Positions 55,768 through 64,000 of a stretch of DNA of 64,000 bases are shown here, one piece after another. Positions within the stretch are counted from its first letter, which is position 1. Every line of letters starts with the position of its first letter. The DNA comes from a virus: positions 1-64,000 of IMG/VR virus record IMGVR_UViG_3300032304_001060; one strand, 5' to 3'. Position numbers and translations under genes: made by a program. Below the pieces are notes generated by a model. The model saw only the letters and a list, made by a program, of their open reading frames with translations. It ran no database searches and was not told the DNA's origin.

Positions 55768-57764
55768 TTTGCTTCTCCCCACTTGTTAACGATCTTTACT
55801 TCAGCGATTAGAGGAACTGTCATCTCAGGAATGTGGATACCTTCCATTGACTCACGGATTGCTTCCGCAACCTCTTCTGCTAAATCTTCACGAGCAACTG
55901 TAACCAGTTCATCATGCACAGTCAAAATGACATTTGCGTTTGGTTCGTCGACAAAACAAGAGTGTGCCCGAACCATCGCTAATTTCATCAAATCTGCAGC
56001 AGATCCTTGAATAACGGTGTTAAATGCTTGACGATCGGCTCTGGCTTTGAGGCCACGATCCTTGCTCTTTAACTCTGGGATGTAGCGACGACGACCAAAG
56101 ATGGTCTCTACATAAGGGATAGGGGATCTCCCAGTTGCTTGGCGGATCACCTTTGCCTTGTACTTGGAGATATCATGAAACTGCTCTTCAAAACGATTGA
56201 GTAGGTCTTTAGCATCTGATACAGAACAGCCAATGCTTTGAGCAATTTTGTCTGGTCCTACGCCGTATGCAATAGAAAGAACAAGAACCTTTCCAGCCTT
56301 TCGATCTACGCCCATGGTGTCACCAATAGTTGTGTAGATGTCTTCGCCATTGCGATAGTTGTTAACCATAATTGGGTCACCAGAGAATGCGGCGATGATG
56401 CGTGGCTCAATCTGTGAGTAGTCAGCCATGATCAACTTATGTCCTGGAGGTGCTACAAAGAGGTTACGAATTAACTTTCCGTACTGACCGCTACTAGGGA
56501 TGTTCTGTAGGTTAGGGTCACTACTGGAGAAACGACCTGTCTCTGCTCCATGGGCTTTAAAATTTGTGTGAACTTTCCCCTCAATCATGAGGCTCTTCTT
56601 CTCCACAATCTTTTCTTTGCCCATAGTTGTTCGGGTGATCTCGCCACCGAGATATGGCATTACATAAGTAGTCATCAACTTGTTCAGGTCTTGATACTCC
56701 AAGATTGCGTCAACAAGTTCGTCCTTACTGCGATAGAACTCCAGCGCATCTGAGGAGACTGAGTAGTGATAGATAGACAACGCTTCTGGTTTGTTAGCAG
56801 CGATGTCTTGACCCTTAGCAGTCAGAGCAACACGGATCCGTAGATTAGGGCGGATGCCACGGCCCTCTGGCTTTGGTGAGAACAGTAGTTCTTGCTTCTC
56901 TTTTACAGAGTTCATAGAGAACGGTTTACCCGTAAGTTTCCACGCCTTTGCTTTTGCAGCATCGATATCAATCTCAAGGCGTGCTTTAAGAGCAATCAAT
57001 TCTTCTACATCAATAGTTGCGCCAGTTAACTCCATGTCACAGAGAGCAGCAACAACATCCATCTCCAATGCCCAGACACGCTTAAGACTTCCCTCTAGAC
57101 GTGGCTCTAGCGCTTTGTATAATTTCCATGTGACCTCGGCATCAAACCCTGAGTAGTGTGCAACATCGCTAAACGAATGCACCTCAACCATTGCACCAAT
57201 ACCTTTTTCAACTTTGATTCCTAAAACCTTTTCAGCACAGGCTGCCAGACCTAATGCATTACGGTTTCGGTTGTCAATAACGAACATCGCCATGAGAGTG
57301 TCAAAGAAAGGTTTCTTTGGAACAACTCCACGGTAGTACTTAGAAATAGATTTTAAATCAAACTTAACATTGTGACCGATCTTTAACTTGTCACTAAAGA
57401 ATAATGGCTTGAGTGCTTGGAATACTTCTCCAGGAAGAAGTTGCTCTGGTGGTGCGTCAAAGACTGGCGTCCACTTCGCTTGATTCTTTGAGTAGTCTGC
57501 ATCTGTAAGGGTCTTGCCTGCTGCAGCCTTACGCTGACCACTTAACAACATCTCTTTATCCCAGTGAAGGAACTCACCATTTGGATGACCCATCGGGATT
57601 ACGTCTGTACGACCTTCTGTGGCTAATGAAATCCACATGACGTCATTAACGACAGGTTGAATTCTATTTTCACCAACGGTTTCGCAATCAAATGCAAAAG
57701 CATCTACCTTGGAGTAAAACTCAACAAGGTCTTGTAACTGTTCTTTGGTTGTAATGATGTTCAT
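55764..57764 (-). CDS. polA: DNA polymerase, family A (3'-5' exonuclease plus polymerase)
   Basis: FDCET, GHNVKFD, ETGRFSSSDPNLQNIP, DYSQIEPR, AYG, IQGSAAD and VHDE. Confidence 0.95.
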   Translation of the reverse strand: MNIITTKEQLQDLVEFYSKVDAFAFDCETVGENRIQPVVNDVMWISLATEGRTDVIPMGHPNGEFLHWDKEMLLSGQRKAAAGKTLTDADYSKNQAKWTPVFDAPPEQLLPGEVFQALKPLFFSDKLKIGHNVKFDLKSISKYYRGVVPKKPFFDTLMAMFVIDNRNRNALGLAACAEKVLGIKVEKGIGAMVEVHSFSDVAHYSGFDAEVTWKLYKALEPRLEGSLKRVWALEMDVVAALCDMELTGATIDVEELIALKARLEIDIDAAKAKAWKLTGKPFSMNSVKEKQELLFSPKPEGRGIRPNLRIRVALTAKGQDIAANKPEALSIYHYSVSSDALEFYRSKDELVDAILEYQDLNKLMTTYVMPYLGGEITRTTMGKEKIVEKKSLMIEGKVHTNFKAHGAETGRFSSSDPNLQNIPSSGQYGKLIRNLFVAPPGHKLIMADYSQIEPRIIAAFSGDPIMVNNYRNGEDIYTTIGDTMGVDRKAGKVLVLSIAYGVGPDKIAQSIGCSVSDAKDLLNRFEEQFHDISKYKAKVIRQATGRSPIPYVETIFGRRRYIPELKSKDRGLKARADRQAFNTVIQGSAADLMKLAMVRAHSCFVDEPNANVILTVHDELVTVAREDLAEEVAEAIRESMEGIHIPEMTVPLIAEVKIVNKWGEAK

Positions 57765-57783
57765 ATATCCCTCGTTTGTTAGA

Positions 57784-57820
57784 TGAAAGGGAGCCTGCGA
57801 ATAGGTGCAGGCCCCCTTTC
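57784..57820 (-). terminator. Stem-loop after the SSB gene
   Basis: Inverted repeat GAAAGGG-AGCCTGC...GCAGGC-CCCCTTTC. Confidence 0.45.
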
Positions 57821-57834
57821 GGTGGAAATTGCGC

Positions 57835-58482
57835 TTACGCTACTGAGCGAGCAACCTCAAGCATTTCGGAGCGAGGGGTCTCTCGAATAACTTCTGCTGT
57901 GAACGGTACAGCGGCTGCTACTAACTCATTAACAGTGTCTTGCGACAATTTCCATTCCTCTGCTAGGTCACGGCCTCGAACGAAGTTGAGGGTGTACTGC
58001 GTTGTTGGGCCAGTACCTAGTCGAGAAATTTCCCAGAACTCTTTTGACAGAGGTCCTTTGCGCTCATCGTCGTGAGCCTTCTTGATCTGACGAGCAAGTG
58101 AAGGAGGTGCTGTAAGAATCTGCACTCCTTGTACGTCTCCACTCAACACAAGAACGTTGAATGAAAACTTGCCACGAGGCTTGTCACCAAGGACATCGCA
58201 AAGTGGACATGCATCACCGATGCAGACGAAGGACTTCTTACCCTTTGGGCGTTCGATCCAGTGCTGCTCGTATGAAGCAAATGGTTGATCTTCAAGGAAC
58301 TTTACAAGTTGTGGTTCATCAGAGAACTTGAAGTCTGTTGGGAACTCAGACGTGTTCTCTTGAACGAGTGAGTCGAATGCATCCCAGCCCTGCTGGACTG
58401 TTGTTCCGACCTTTGGCATTGCATCTTCGCTGTCTTCAGCGAGATAGTTGTCAGCATCAACTGACGGCTTTGTGATTGGCAT
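57835..58482 (-). CDS. Single-stranded DNA-binding protein (gp32-like)
   Basis: VKFLED..F..Y.QHW...FVC....CPLC, FNVL and SRLGTG..TQY. Confidence 0.65.
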   Translation of the reverse strand: MPITKPSVDADNYLAEDSEDAMPKVGTTVQQGWDAFDSLVQENTSEFPTDFKFSDEPQLVKFLEDQPFASYEQHWIERPKGKKSFVCIGDACPLCDVLGDKPRGKFSFNVLVLSGDVQGVQILTAPPSLARQIKKAHDDERKGPLSKEFWEISRLGTGPTTQYTLNFVRGRDLAEEWKLSQDTVNELVAAAVPFTAEVIRETPRSEMLEVARSVA

Positions 58483-58506
58483 GTTTTTCCTTTTCGGTAA
58501 TGAGGC

Positions 58507-58983
58507 CTATTGGCTCTCGTTGGCAGTGATGACTTTCCAGGTTCGTACTAAAGTTTCTGTAAGGTCATCGTGTTGGCTCCACTCTACACGAGCGGCGCCT
58601 AGTAATCCTCTGCGATTGAATTCTTCAATAGCAGATTCTATGAGCGCTCTAGTGTACACACGATTGCCACCAGTCTTCTGACCTTTAAGGGTCTTTGAAC
58701 GAAGTCTGTATGGTGCACGTGGGATATAACCTTTGCGCTCCCATAGGCGAATAGTCACAATGGTCTTTTCCAATGCAAGTGCCAAAGCACCGATTGTAAA
58801 TACCTCTGTCTCTATTCCACCTAATGTTTTCATGATTGGGTTTGAATCCCAACCATTACTCTCACCGCTTTTACGGCGAGAAACCTTTGCATCTGGTTCA
58901 CGACGCTTACGCTTTGACCCAGGAATGTACTCTAGATCAGCAAACGCTTTTTCAATTTCGTCATCGCCACGAAGACCAGCCAT
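58507..58983 (-). CDS. MerR-like HTH DNA-binding protein
   Basis: FTIGALALALEKTIVTIRLWERKGYIP...RVYT. Confidence 0.7.
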   Translation of the reverse strand: MAGLRGDDEIEKAFADLEYIPGSKRKRREPDAKVSRRKSGESNGWDSNPIMKTLGGIETEVFTIGALALALEKTIVTIRLWERKGYIPRAPYRLRSKTLKGQKTGGNRVYTRALIESAIEEFNRRGLLGAARVEWSQHDDLTETLVRTWKVITANESQ

Positions 58984-58986
58984 GTG

Positions 58987-59427
58987 TTATCGCTTCTTCA
59001 TGACGAGTGCCCAGACAACATTTGCTGGGTACATTTCTTCGACTTCGTCTTCAGTCAAATCATCGTTGTAGAGAGCGGCCATAAGAGCATCCTCATCTAC
59101 AACACGAATTGTTTTGTACAAGGTATCTTCCATACCATGCTCTGCAATGATCTCTTCTGCACGAGTCTCATTAATCTTGCGTGATACACGGCGCTGCTTT
59201 ACTACTGCTACAACTCCATTGATATCTTCTGGAAGTTCAATAACAACATTTCCTGAAGAGTCTTCTTCACCTTCAGAATCGATTCGATCAAACAATTTGG
59301 CTTTGAGTTCTTTCTGTTGTTTTTCCCAATACTCAAGTTGCTCTTTCACAAAGGCGTAATGCTTTGCTTGTGCCATGAGATCGTCTTCCACACTTACACG
59401 TGGTTCTTCGTCTTTTATTCTTGCCAT
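58987..59427 (-). CDS. Hypothetical protein
   Basis: 146 aa, acidic and coiled. Confidence 0.55.
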   Translation of the reverse strand: MARIKDEEPRVSVEDDLMAQAKHYAFVKEQLEYWEKQQKELKAKLFDRIDSEGEEDSSGNVVIELPEDINGVVAVVKQRRVSRKINETRAEEIIAEHGMEDTLYKTIRVVDEDALMAALYNDDLTEDEVEEMYPANVVWALVMKKR

Positions 59428-59437
59428 GTTATACCCC

Positions 59438-61009
59438 CTATGGTCTTGCGTTCTGTAGAAAACCTATCAGACTTCCAACGGTTAAATCAACTCCGCCCTT
59501 GGCGTTGATCCCCTGCCCGTCCATGACGGCATCGGCTACAGCGTTCTTCTGTTGGAGCATATCATACTGACGCCCCTCTATCGATTTGGCTACGAGGATG
59601 TCTTGAATAGTGATACTCGGCCAGCGGCTGGAGGCTCTCTTGATTCGGCCGTTCCTCTGGACTGCCAAGCCAGCGCTCCAAGGTAGGTCATAGTTTATGA
59701 GGAGATTAGCATTAGGAAGATCGACACCGTACCCACCAGCATCGCTAGATATAAATACACGACAATCAGGATCTGTAAGGAACTTAGTTTTACTTGCTTC
59801 TTTTTCTTTTGCATTCATGCTCCCTGTGTACAAAGTTCCGCTTACTGCATCCTGTATTGGAGCAAGCATTCCAACCCACGATGTAAACACAACCACCTTT
59901 GCTGCAGGATCGGTCTCTAAATGATCGAGAACATACACCTTTAACGCATCTAACTTTGGGGTTTTATTTACTCCCTCTAGTAATCCTCGTTCTTTTAAAC
60001 TAGAGGTGTACGCACTTCCTTCGCCAAGTTGTTTATCAAACTTCTCTGCGCTATCAACTAAGAGTTGTGGACTGTCGCATAACATTCTCAGTGCCGTAAT
60101 TTTCGACATGATTGAGCCACGCATCATGTCTGCAGGGCTTCCTGGCTTACTGTCGTGCCCGTAGTGAGCCATCAGTGAAAAGTTTGCACCTAGCAACTGT
60201 TGTGCCTCGTACAACTCGTTGCTCAGTTCGTCAGCGATAAAGTTATAGAGCGAAGATGTCTTCTTATCAAAATCAATGGTGAGAGGATCACGATGAATCG
60301 TGTCAGGTAGATATGGGGATACATCTGGATCAGTCTGGATCTTACGTACTGATGCTTGCTTCATCTTCTCGTGGAAGATCGGTAAGTTCCTGTATCTTTG
60401 AACACCGCCAAAATGATTACGTACAATAAAGGTCTGATCAAATAAATCGAAGCGCCCAAGCAATCCGTCGTCAACAAACTGCATGATGCTGTACACCTCT
60501 TCAGGACGTCCGTTCTCAATAGGAGTTCCAGTCAGAGCAAATCTAATTGGGATCTTTGAACCGAGTTTCTTTACGGCTTTGGCTCGCTTAGACCGAAAGC
60601 CCTTGATCGCAGTTGCCTCATCACAGACTACTGCGCCCCACTCATAGTCCTTAATGATGTCCCAGTCCGCCACGATCGTCTCGTAGTTAGCGATGATGTA
60701 GCCAGTATGTTCTTCCCAGCCCATGTCTCTTTCCCAGCGTATGGATCGAACTGACTTTGCACCGTCAATGACTGAGGCGTAGTCGTCAGAGAACTTGGCG
60801 ATCTCTTTCTGCCACTGATACTTCAAACTTGATAGCGCGATCACTAAGGTTGGCTTAGTTAAATCACCAACTTCTTTTAACTTCTCTAGTGCGGCAATCG
60901 TCATACATGTCTTGCCAAGACCCATCTCATAGGCAACCAGCATCTTCTTGCGGTTGACCATACGATCAACTGCCTCTACTTGATAGGGCTTGAGTGTTCC
61001 TTTAAACAT
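59438..61009 (-). CDS. SNF2-family helicase
   Basis: EMGLGKT, CDEA, LTGTPIEN, AGGYGVDL and QRNGRIKR. Confidence 0.9.
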   Translation of the reverse strand: MFKGTLKPYQVEAVDRMVNRKKMLVAYEMGLGKTCMTIAALEKLKEVGDLTKPTLVIALSSLKYQWQKEIAKFSDDYASVIDGAKSVRSIRWERDMGWEEHTGYIIANYETIVADWDIIKDYEWGAVVCDEATAIKGFRSKRAKAVKKLGSKIPIRFALTGTPIENGRPEEVYSIMQFVDDGLLGRFDLFDQTFIVRNHFGGVQRYRNLPIFHEKMKQASVRKIQTDPDVSPYLPDTIHRDPLTIDFDKKTSSLYNFIADELSNELYEAQQLLGANFSLMAHYGHDSKPGSPADMMRGSIMSKITALRMLCDSPQLLVDSAEKFDKQLGEGSAYTSSLKERGLLEGVNKTPKLDALKVYVLDHLETDPAAKVVVFTSWVGMLAPIQDAVSGTLYTGSMNAKEKEASKTKFLTDPDCRVFISSDAGGYGVDLPNANLLINYDLPWSAGLAVQRNGRIKRASSRWPSITIQDILVAKSIEGRQYDMLQQKNAVADAVMDGQGINAKGGVDLTVGSLIGFLQNARP

Positions 61010-61172
61010 TATCTATCGGCGTCGGGGCTGTTGCCAAGGCTCCACATAGGTAGCACTCCATATCTAGCATGTACAAGGAAATTTCCCCTTCCTCAAACAT
61101 TGCCTTTACATTCCACAGAGTAGAACCACATATACAAACATGTAAGGGGCGCTCTTTATCTCGGAGATCCAT
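61002..61172 (-). CDS. Small Zn-ribbon protein
   Basis: Manual translation MDLRDKERPLHVCICGS...MECYLCGALATAPTPIDNV. Confidence 0.6.
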   Translation of the reverse strand: MDLRDKERPLHVCICGSTLWNVKAMFEEGEISLYMLDMECYLCGALATAPTPIDNV

Positions 61173-62104
61173 CATAAGTAAGCAGCCTTCCCTAGTACCG
61201 ATGTCTTTGCCGTTTTAATTCCGTGCTCAATCTCAGCCTCTGTCATGTCACCAACATCCTTGACGTCAATTCCACGATAGTTGAAATAGTATAAATCCAT
61301 ACCGTACTTTCTAGCAAAGCCACGCATCTGTTCATTAGCCGTATGACCAGCCTTGTCATTATCGAACGCAGCAATAATCTTTGGAGCACGGCGCAAAATC
61401 TTGGCTTGCTCTTCACTCATGATTGCACCAAAAGTGGACACAGCGTTATGGCCTAAGCCAGTTAACCGAACAGCGTCTAGCGGTGATTCAACAACGATGA
61501 GGTCATGGGTTGAACTCATGATGTGAACTCCAAAGACTGTCCTTGACTTCTTAACTCCCGCAGGTTGATTGCGAAAGAAGCGTCCACGAGCACCCTTCTC
61601 TTGCCAACCCCATAACGAACCGTCGTCAGGGTCTCTGATAGGAAGAATCCATGCCTCATTGCTCTTGTCCCAAAGAACTCCATGTACATTTACTGGACCT
61701 ATTTTTAAGAATCGTTTTTTTAACTCTATCTCTGGTGGCTCTGTGTACACAGCAAGTCGAGCCTCAGACATTGCGATCGTCTCTTCAGGTTGCACGTACT
61801 GTGGTAAATCTTTTATTCGGCGCATAAGAGAGTCGAGAGGAATCTCAACATTTTCGCCAATGTAGTCCTGTGCATCAAAATAACTTATGCCTTTAACATC
61901 AGCAACAAGTGTGAATATATTTCCCTTGTAACCACAAGAGAAGCAGATGTGTGCTCCACTCTCAGAATTTATCCACCATGATGGTGAGTGATCCTCTTTG
62001 CCTGTGCGCTTCTTGTGCATTGGGCATAGGCCATTAACCTCAACTCCTCGCTGTGCAAAAAGTTGTAGGTCAAGTCCTACGAGGACACGCTCGACATCAA
62101 TCAC
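61172..62104 (-). CDS. dnaG: DNA primase (CHC2 zinc finger plus TOPRIM)
   Basis: CPMH...CFSCG, VVESPLD, AFDNDKAG and KDVGD. Confidence 0.88.
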   Translation of the reverse strand: MIDVERVLVGLDLQLFAQRGVEVNGLCPMHKKRTGKEDHSPSWWINSESGAHICFSCGYKGNIFTLVADVKGISYFDAQDYIGENVEIPLDSLMRRIKDLPQYVQPEETIAMSEARLAVYTEPPEIELKKRFLKIGPVNVHGVLWDKSNEAWILPIRDPDDGSLWGWQEKGARGRFFRNQPAGVKKSRTVFGVHIMSSTHDLIVVESPLDAVRLTGLGHNAVSTFGAIMSEEQAKILRRAPKIIAAFDNDKAGHTANEQMRGFARKYGMDLYYFNYRGIDVKDVGDMTEAEIEHGIKTAKTSVLGKAAYL

Positions 62105-63351
62105 ACACGGCTCCAGTCAGAGCAATACTTGCACTTAAATACTTCATCCTCATCGTGGAAGCATCCAGTCTCCCAGCGCCATGTCAGCGCCGTCTCTGTA
62201 GGACCGCAGTTACGACTTGCAACAACCTTTAGGTTACGAAGTTCTTCATCTTCTTCAATAGGTTCGAGACCAAGAATTACGTCAGAGTCTTGGAAGAATG
62301 AGGATGAGTAACCAATTGAATCAGCAGTTACCTTTCCAGCACGCATCTTCCATAAGAGTGTCTGAGTAGTAATGATGACTGGCTTGTCAATCTTTTGAGC
62401 AAGTCTCTTGAGTGCACGGGTGATGTTGGTGATGGCTTGGGGAGTGTTCATCTCACCTGTGATCTCATCAAGCATGAGGTAAACACCGTCGACAAACACA
62501 ATGTCAGGTTTTGTCTGTTCAATCTTTGCGGCTAATGCAGAGACTGTAATTCCATTTACAGCATCAACCAAATGGAATGAGTGCTCCTTCTCCATCTCAT
62601 TCAAGATATCGATGTAGCGTGCTTCTTCTGCTGGCAAAAGTTTTCCTCGACGCAATCGACCATGAGAAATGTTTGCACGCATTGCATCGTGACGTTGTTG
62701 TTGCTCATGGTTGTTCATCTCAAATGATTGAAACATTGGGATGTTACCTTGACGATGGATATTGATTGCCATCTTTAATGCAATCTGAGACTTACCTGTC
62801 TTTGGTGGAGCAATGATTGTTACCAACTGCCCACCTTGCAAACCAGCAGTTGCTTCATCGATCTTTGCAAACCCAGTAGGTATTCCTAAAAACTCTGCGT
62901 TCTGTAACGCTTGATATTCCTTGTAGCGTTCTTCGGTGTTCTTTGTAAGATCGATCTCATGAGTTCCAAGTACCCCTTGCTCATTGACCTTAGTGATTGT
63001 CGCTTCCATTGCAAGAAGAGCAGCGTCGTGGTTGTTCTCTTGTAGTTGCTCAATTGCACTCTCAAGACCTTGACGGGTGAGCATGCGACGACGGAAGTCA
63101 ACCATCGTATCAAGAAGATACTCAACATTATCTTGTACATCTAGTACTTTGTAGTTTGGGTAGTGATCTTTAACGGTGACAGCAGTAGGCACTTCGTTGT
63201 ATTCACCGTAGTGCTTACGAACGAATGCCCATACTCTTTTGTTTTCATCATCAAGAAACCATGCGTCATTAACACCACGTTGTAACGCGGGGATGATGTC
63301 GCGGTCACGAATGACCTTGCTGACTAAACGATGTTCGTTATCTGCTGCCAT
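62101..63351 (-). CDS. dnaB: DnaB-like replicative helicase
   Basis: IPTGFAKID, APPKTGKS, SFEM, VFVDG, LKRLA and QDSD. Confidence 0.9.
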   Translation of the reverse strand: MAADNEHRLVSKVIRDRDIIPALQRGVNDAWFLDDENKRVWAFVRKHYGEYNEVPTAVTVKDHYPNYKVLDVQDNVEYLLDTMVDFRRRMLTRQGLESAIEQLQENNHDAALLAMEATITKVNEQGVLGTHEIDLTKNTEERYKEYQALQNAEFLGIPTGFAKIDEATAGLQGGQLVTIIAPPKTGKSQIALKMAINIHRQGNIPMFQSFEMNNHEQQQRHDAMRANISHGRLRRGKLLPAEEARYIDILNEMEKEHSFHLVDAVNGITVSALAAKIEQTKPDIVFVDGVYLMLDEITGEMNTPQAITNITRALKRLAQKIDKPVIITTQTLLWKMRAGKVTADSIGYSSSFFQDSDVILGLEPIEEDEELRNLKVVASRNCGPTETALTWRWETGCFHDEDEVFKCKYCSDWSRV

Positions 63352-63360
63352 CTTTTTCTC

Positions 63361-63477
63361 CTAATGAAATCGTTCGCCACAAGTAGCGCATTGTAAGTAT
63401 GAATTAGCATTAACCCAGATGCGATTAATGTCATGGCTGTGGCACATTGGACAGATGACGTTTGCTATGTTTCCCAT
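63361..63477 (-). CDS. 38 aa Zn-ribbon peptide
   Basis: CPMC...CATC, with GAGGG RBS. Confidence 0.5.
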   Translation of the reverse strand: MGNIANVICPMCHSHDINRIWVNANSYLQCATCGERFH

Positions 63478-63495
63478 TTTCCCTCCCTCAAGGGT

Positions 63496-63912
63496 TTAGA
63501 TGTTGTCTATTTCTACACCCGCTGACCCATATCTGGCAACTCGGCCAGGAATATCGATCACCGCCTTCAAGTTAGGCCTATACGGTAGGCCTGCAACTAA
63601 CTCGTCCGCATCCTCGTACAACTGCCAGTAGTTAAATGGGTTAACCACACGACGCTCAAGTTTTTCGAACGCTTTGTCTAGGAGTTCCTCAGTCCACCCC
63701 TCAGCCTCAAACCCAGCCAACTCTAAAGAGATCCCGTAGTTATTTGAGAGGACCCACAACTTGTTGGCGCTTTGTAAATTGACGGCGCCGATCTTAGTCT
63801 CAGTCTTCTTTGAGAGAAGTCTCTTAGTTTCCTCTTGCGTTAGTTGAACGACGACGTCTGTGAGACAGATCACTTGAGGAGAGGAGACGTTAGATATGTC
63901 TCCGTTTTTCAT
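63496..63912 (-). CDS. Hypothetical protein (degenerate HAD-like)
   Basis: 138 aa ORF in the replication operon. Confidence 0.5.
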   Translation of the reverse strand: MKNGDISNVSSPQVICLTDVVVQLTQEETKRLLSKKTETKIGAVNLQSANKLWVLSNNYGISLELAGFEAEGWTEELLDKAFEKLERRVVNPFNYWQLYEDADELVAGLPYRPNLKAVIDIPGRVARYGSAGVEIDNI

Positions 63913-64000
63913 ATGACTTCGACTTTGGCGTACTTGACTACGAAGTCACGAAACTTTTCAGCGTCCTCACTAGCGTCTACAGCAAGTTCTGCTGAGACTT

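Noticed and set aside
9657-63351. Inteins or introns in terL, nrdJ, recA, polA, SNF2 helicase and dnaB
   Set aside because: Lengths are normal and motifs contiguous, with no C...HN splice signatures.
1-64000. tRNA, tmRNA or rRNA genes
   Set aside because: No cloverleaf or T-loop (GTTCRA) structures were recognised in the intergenic spaces. A tRNAscan-SE or ARAGORN run would be needed to be certain.

Overview
This window is a 64 kb segment of a large dsDNA tailed phage with about 45-48% GC (estimated by eye). Two WhiB genes and many leaderless-type starts point to an actinobacterial host, probably a low-GC freshwater lineage. The minus strand from 1 to 28.3 kb carries tail-fibre/collagen-like genes, major capsid, scaffold, portal, an HNH endonuclease, terminase large subunit, holin-like and surface proteins, an HslV-like Ntn protease and a CHAP endolysin. 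It then carries a dense array of small ADP-ribosyltransferase-like, GNAT and ParB/Srx-like genes that share an (N)LSxxQF peptide. A palindrome-rich non-coding region at 28.3-29.8 kb separates this from a plus-strand block (29.8-40 kb): hammerhead ribozyme, MoxR AAA+/vWA pair, WhiB, tyrosine recombinase and lysozyme-like protein. The minus strand from 40 to 64 kb encodes class II RNR, a nucleotidyltransferase/HAD/TGT-like trio, SpoVS, RuvC-like, Cas4-like, RecA, PolA, SSB, SNF2 helicase, primase and DnaB. Top finding: the portal gene starts at 8230 and is interrupted in frame by GGT-TGA-ATA-GGT inside a hairpin, about 150 bp from an overlapping free-standing HNH endonuclease. This looks like a miniature homing-endonuclease plus ribosomal-bypass cassette analogous to T4 mobA/gene 60. 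Other highlights are the putative capsid-targeted effector arsenal, a canonical type II hammerhead, and a strand-fixed ~19 bp repeat array running through four genes at 38.4-40.3 kb. All calls come from reading the sequence; no searches were run.
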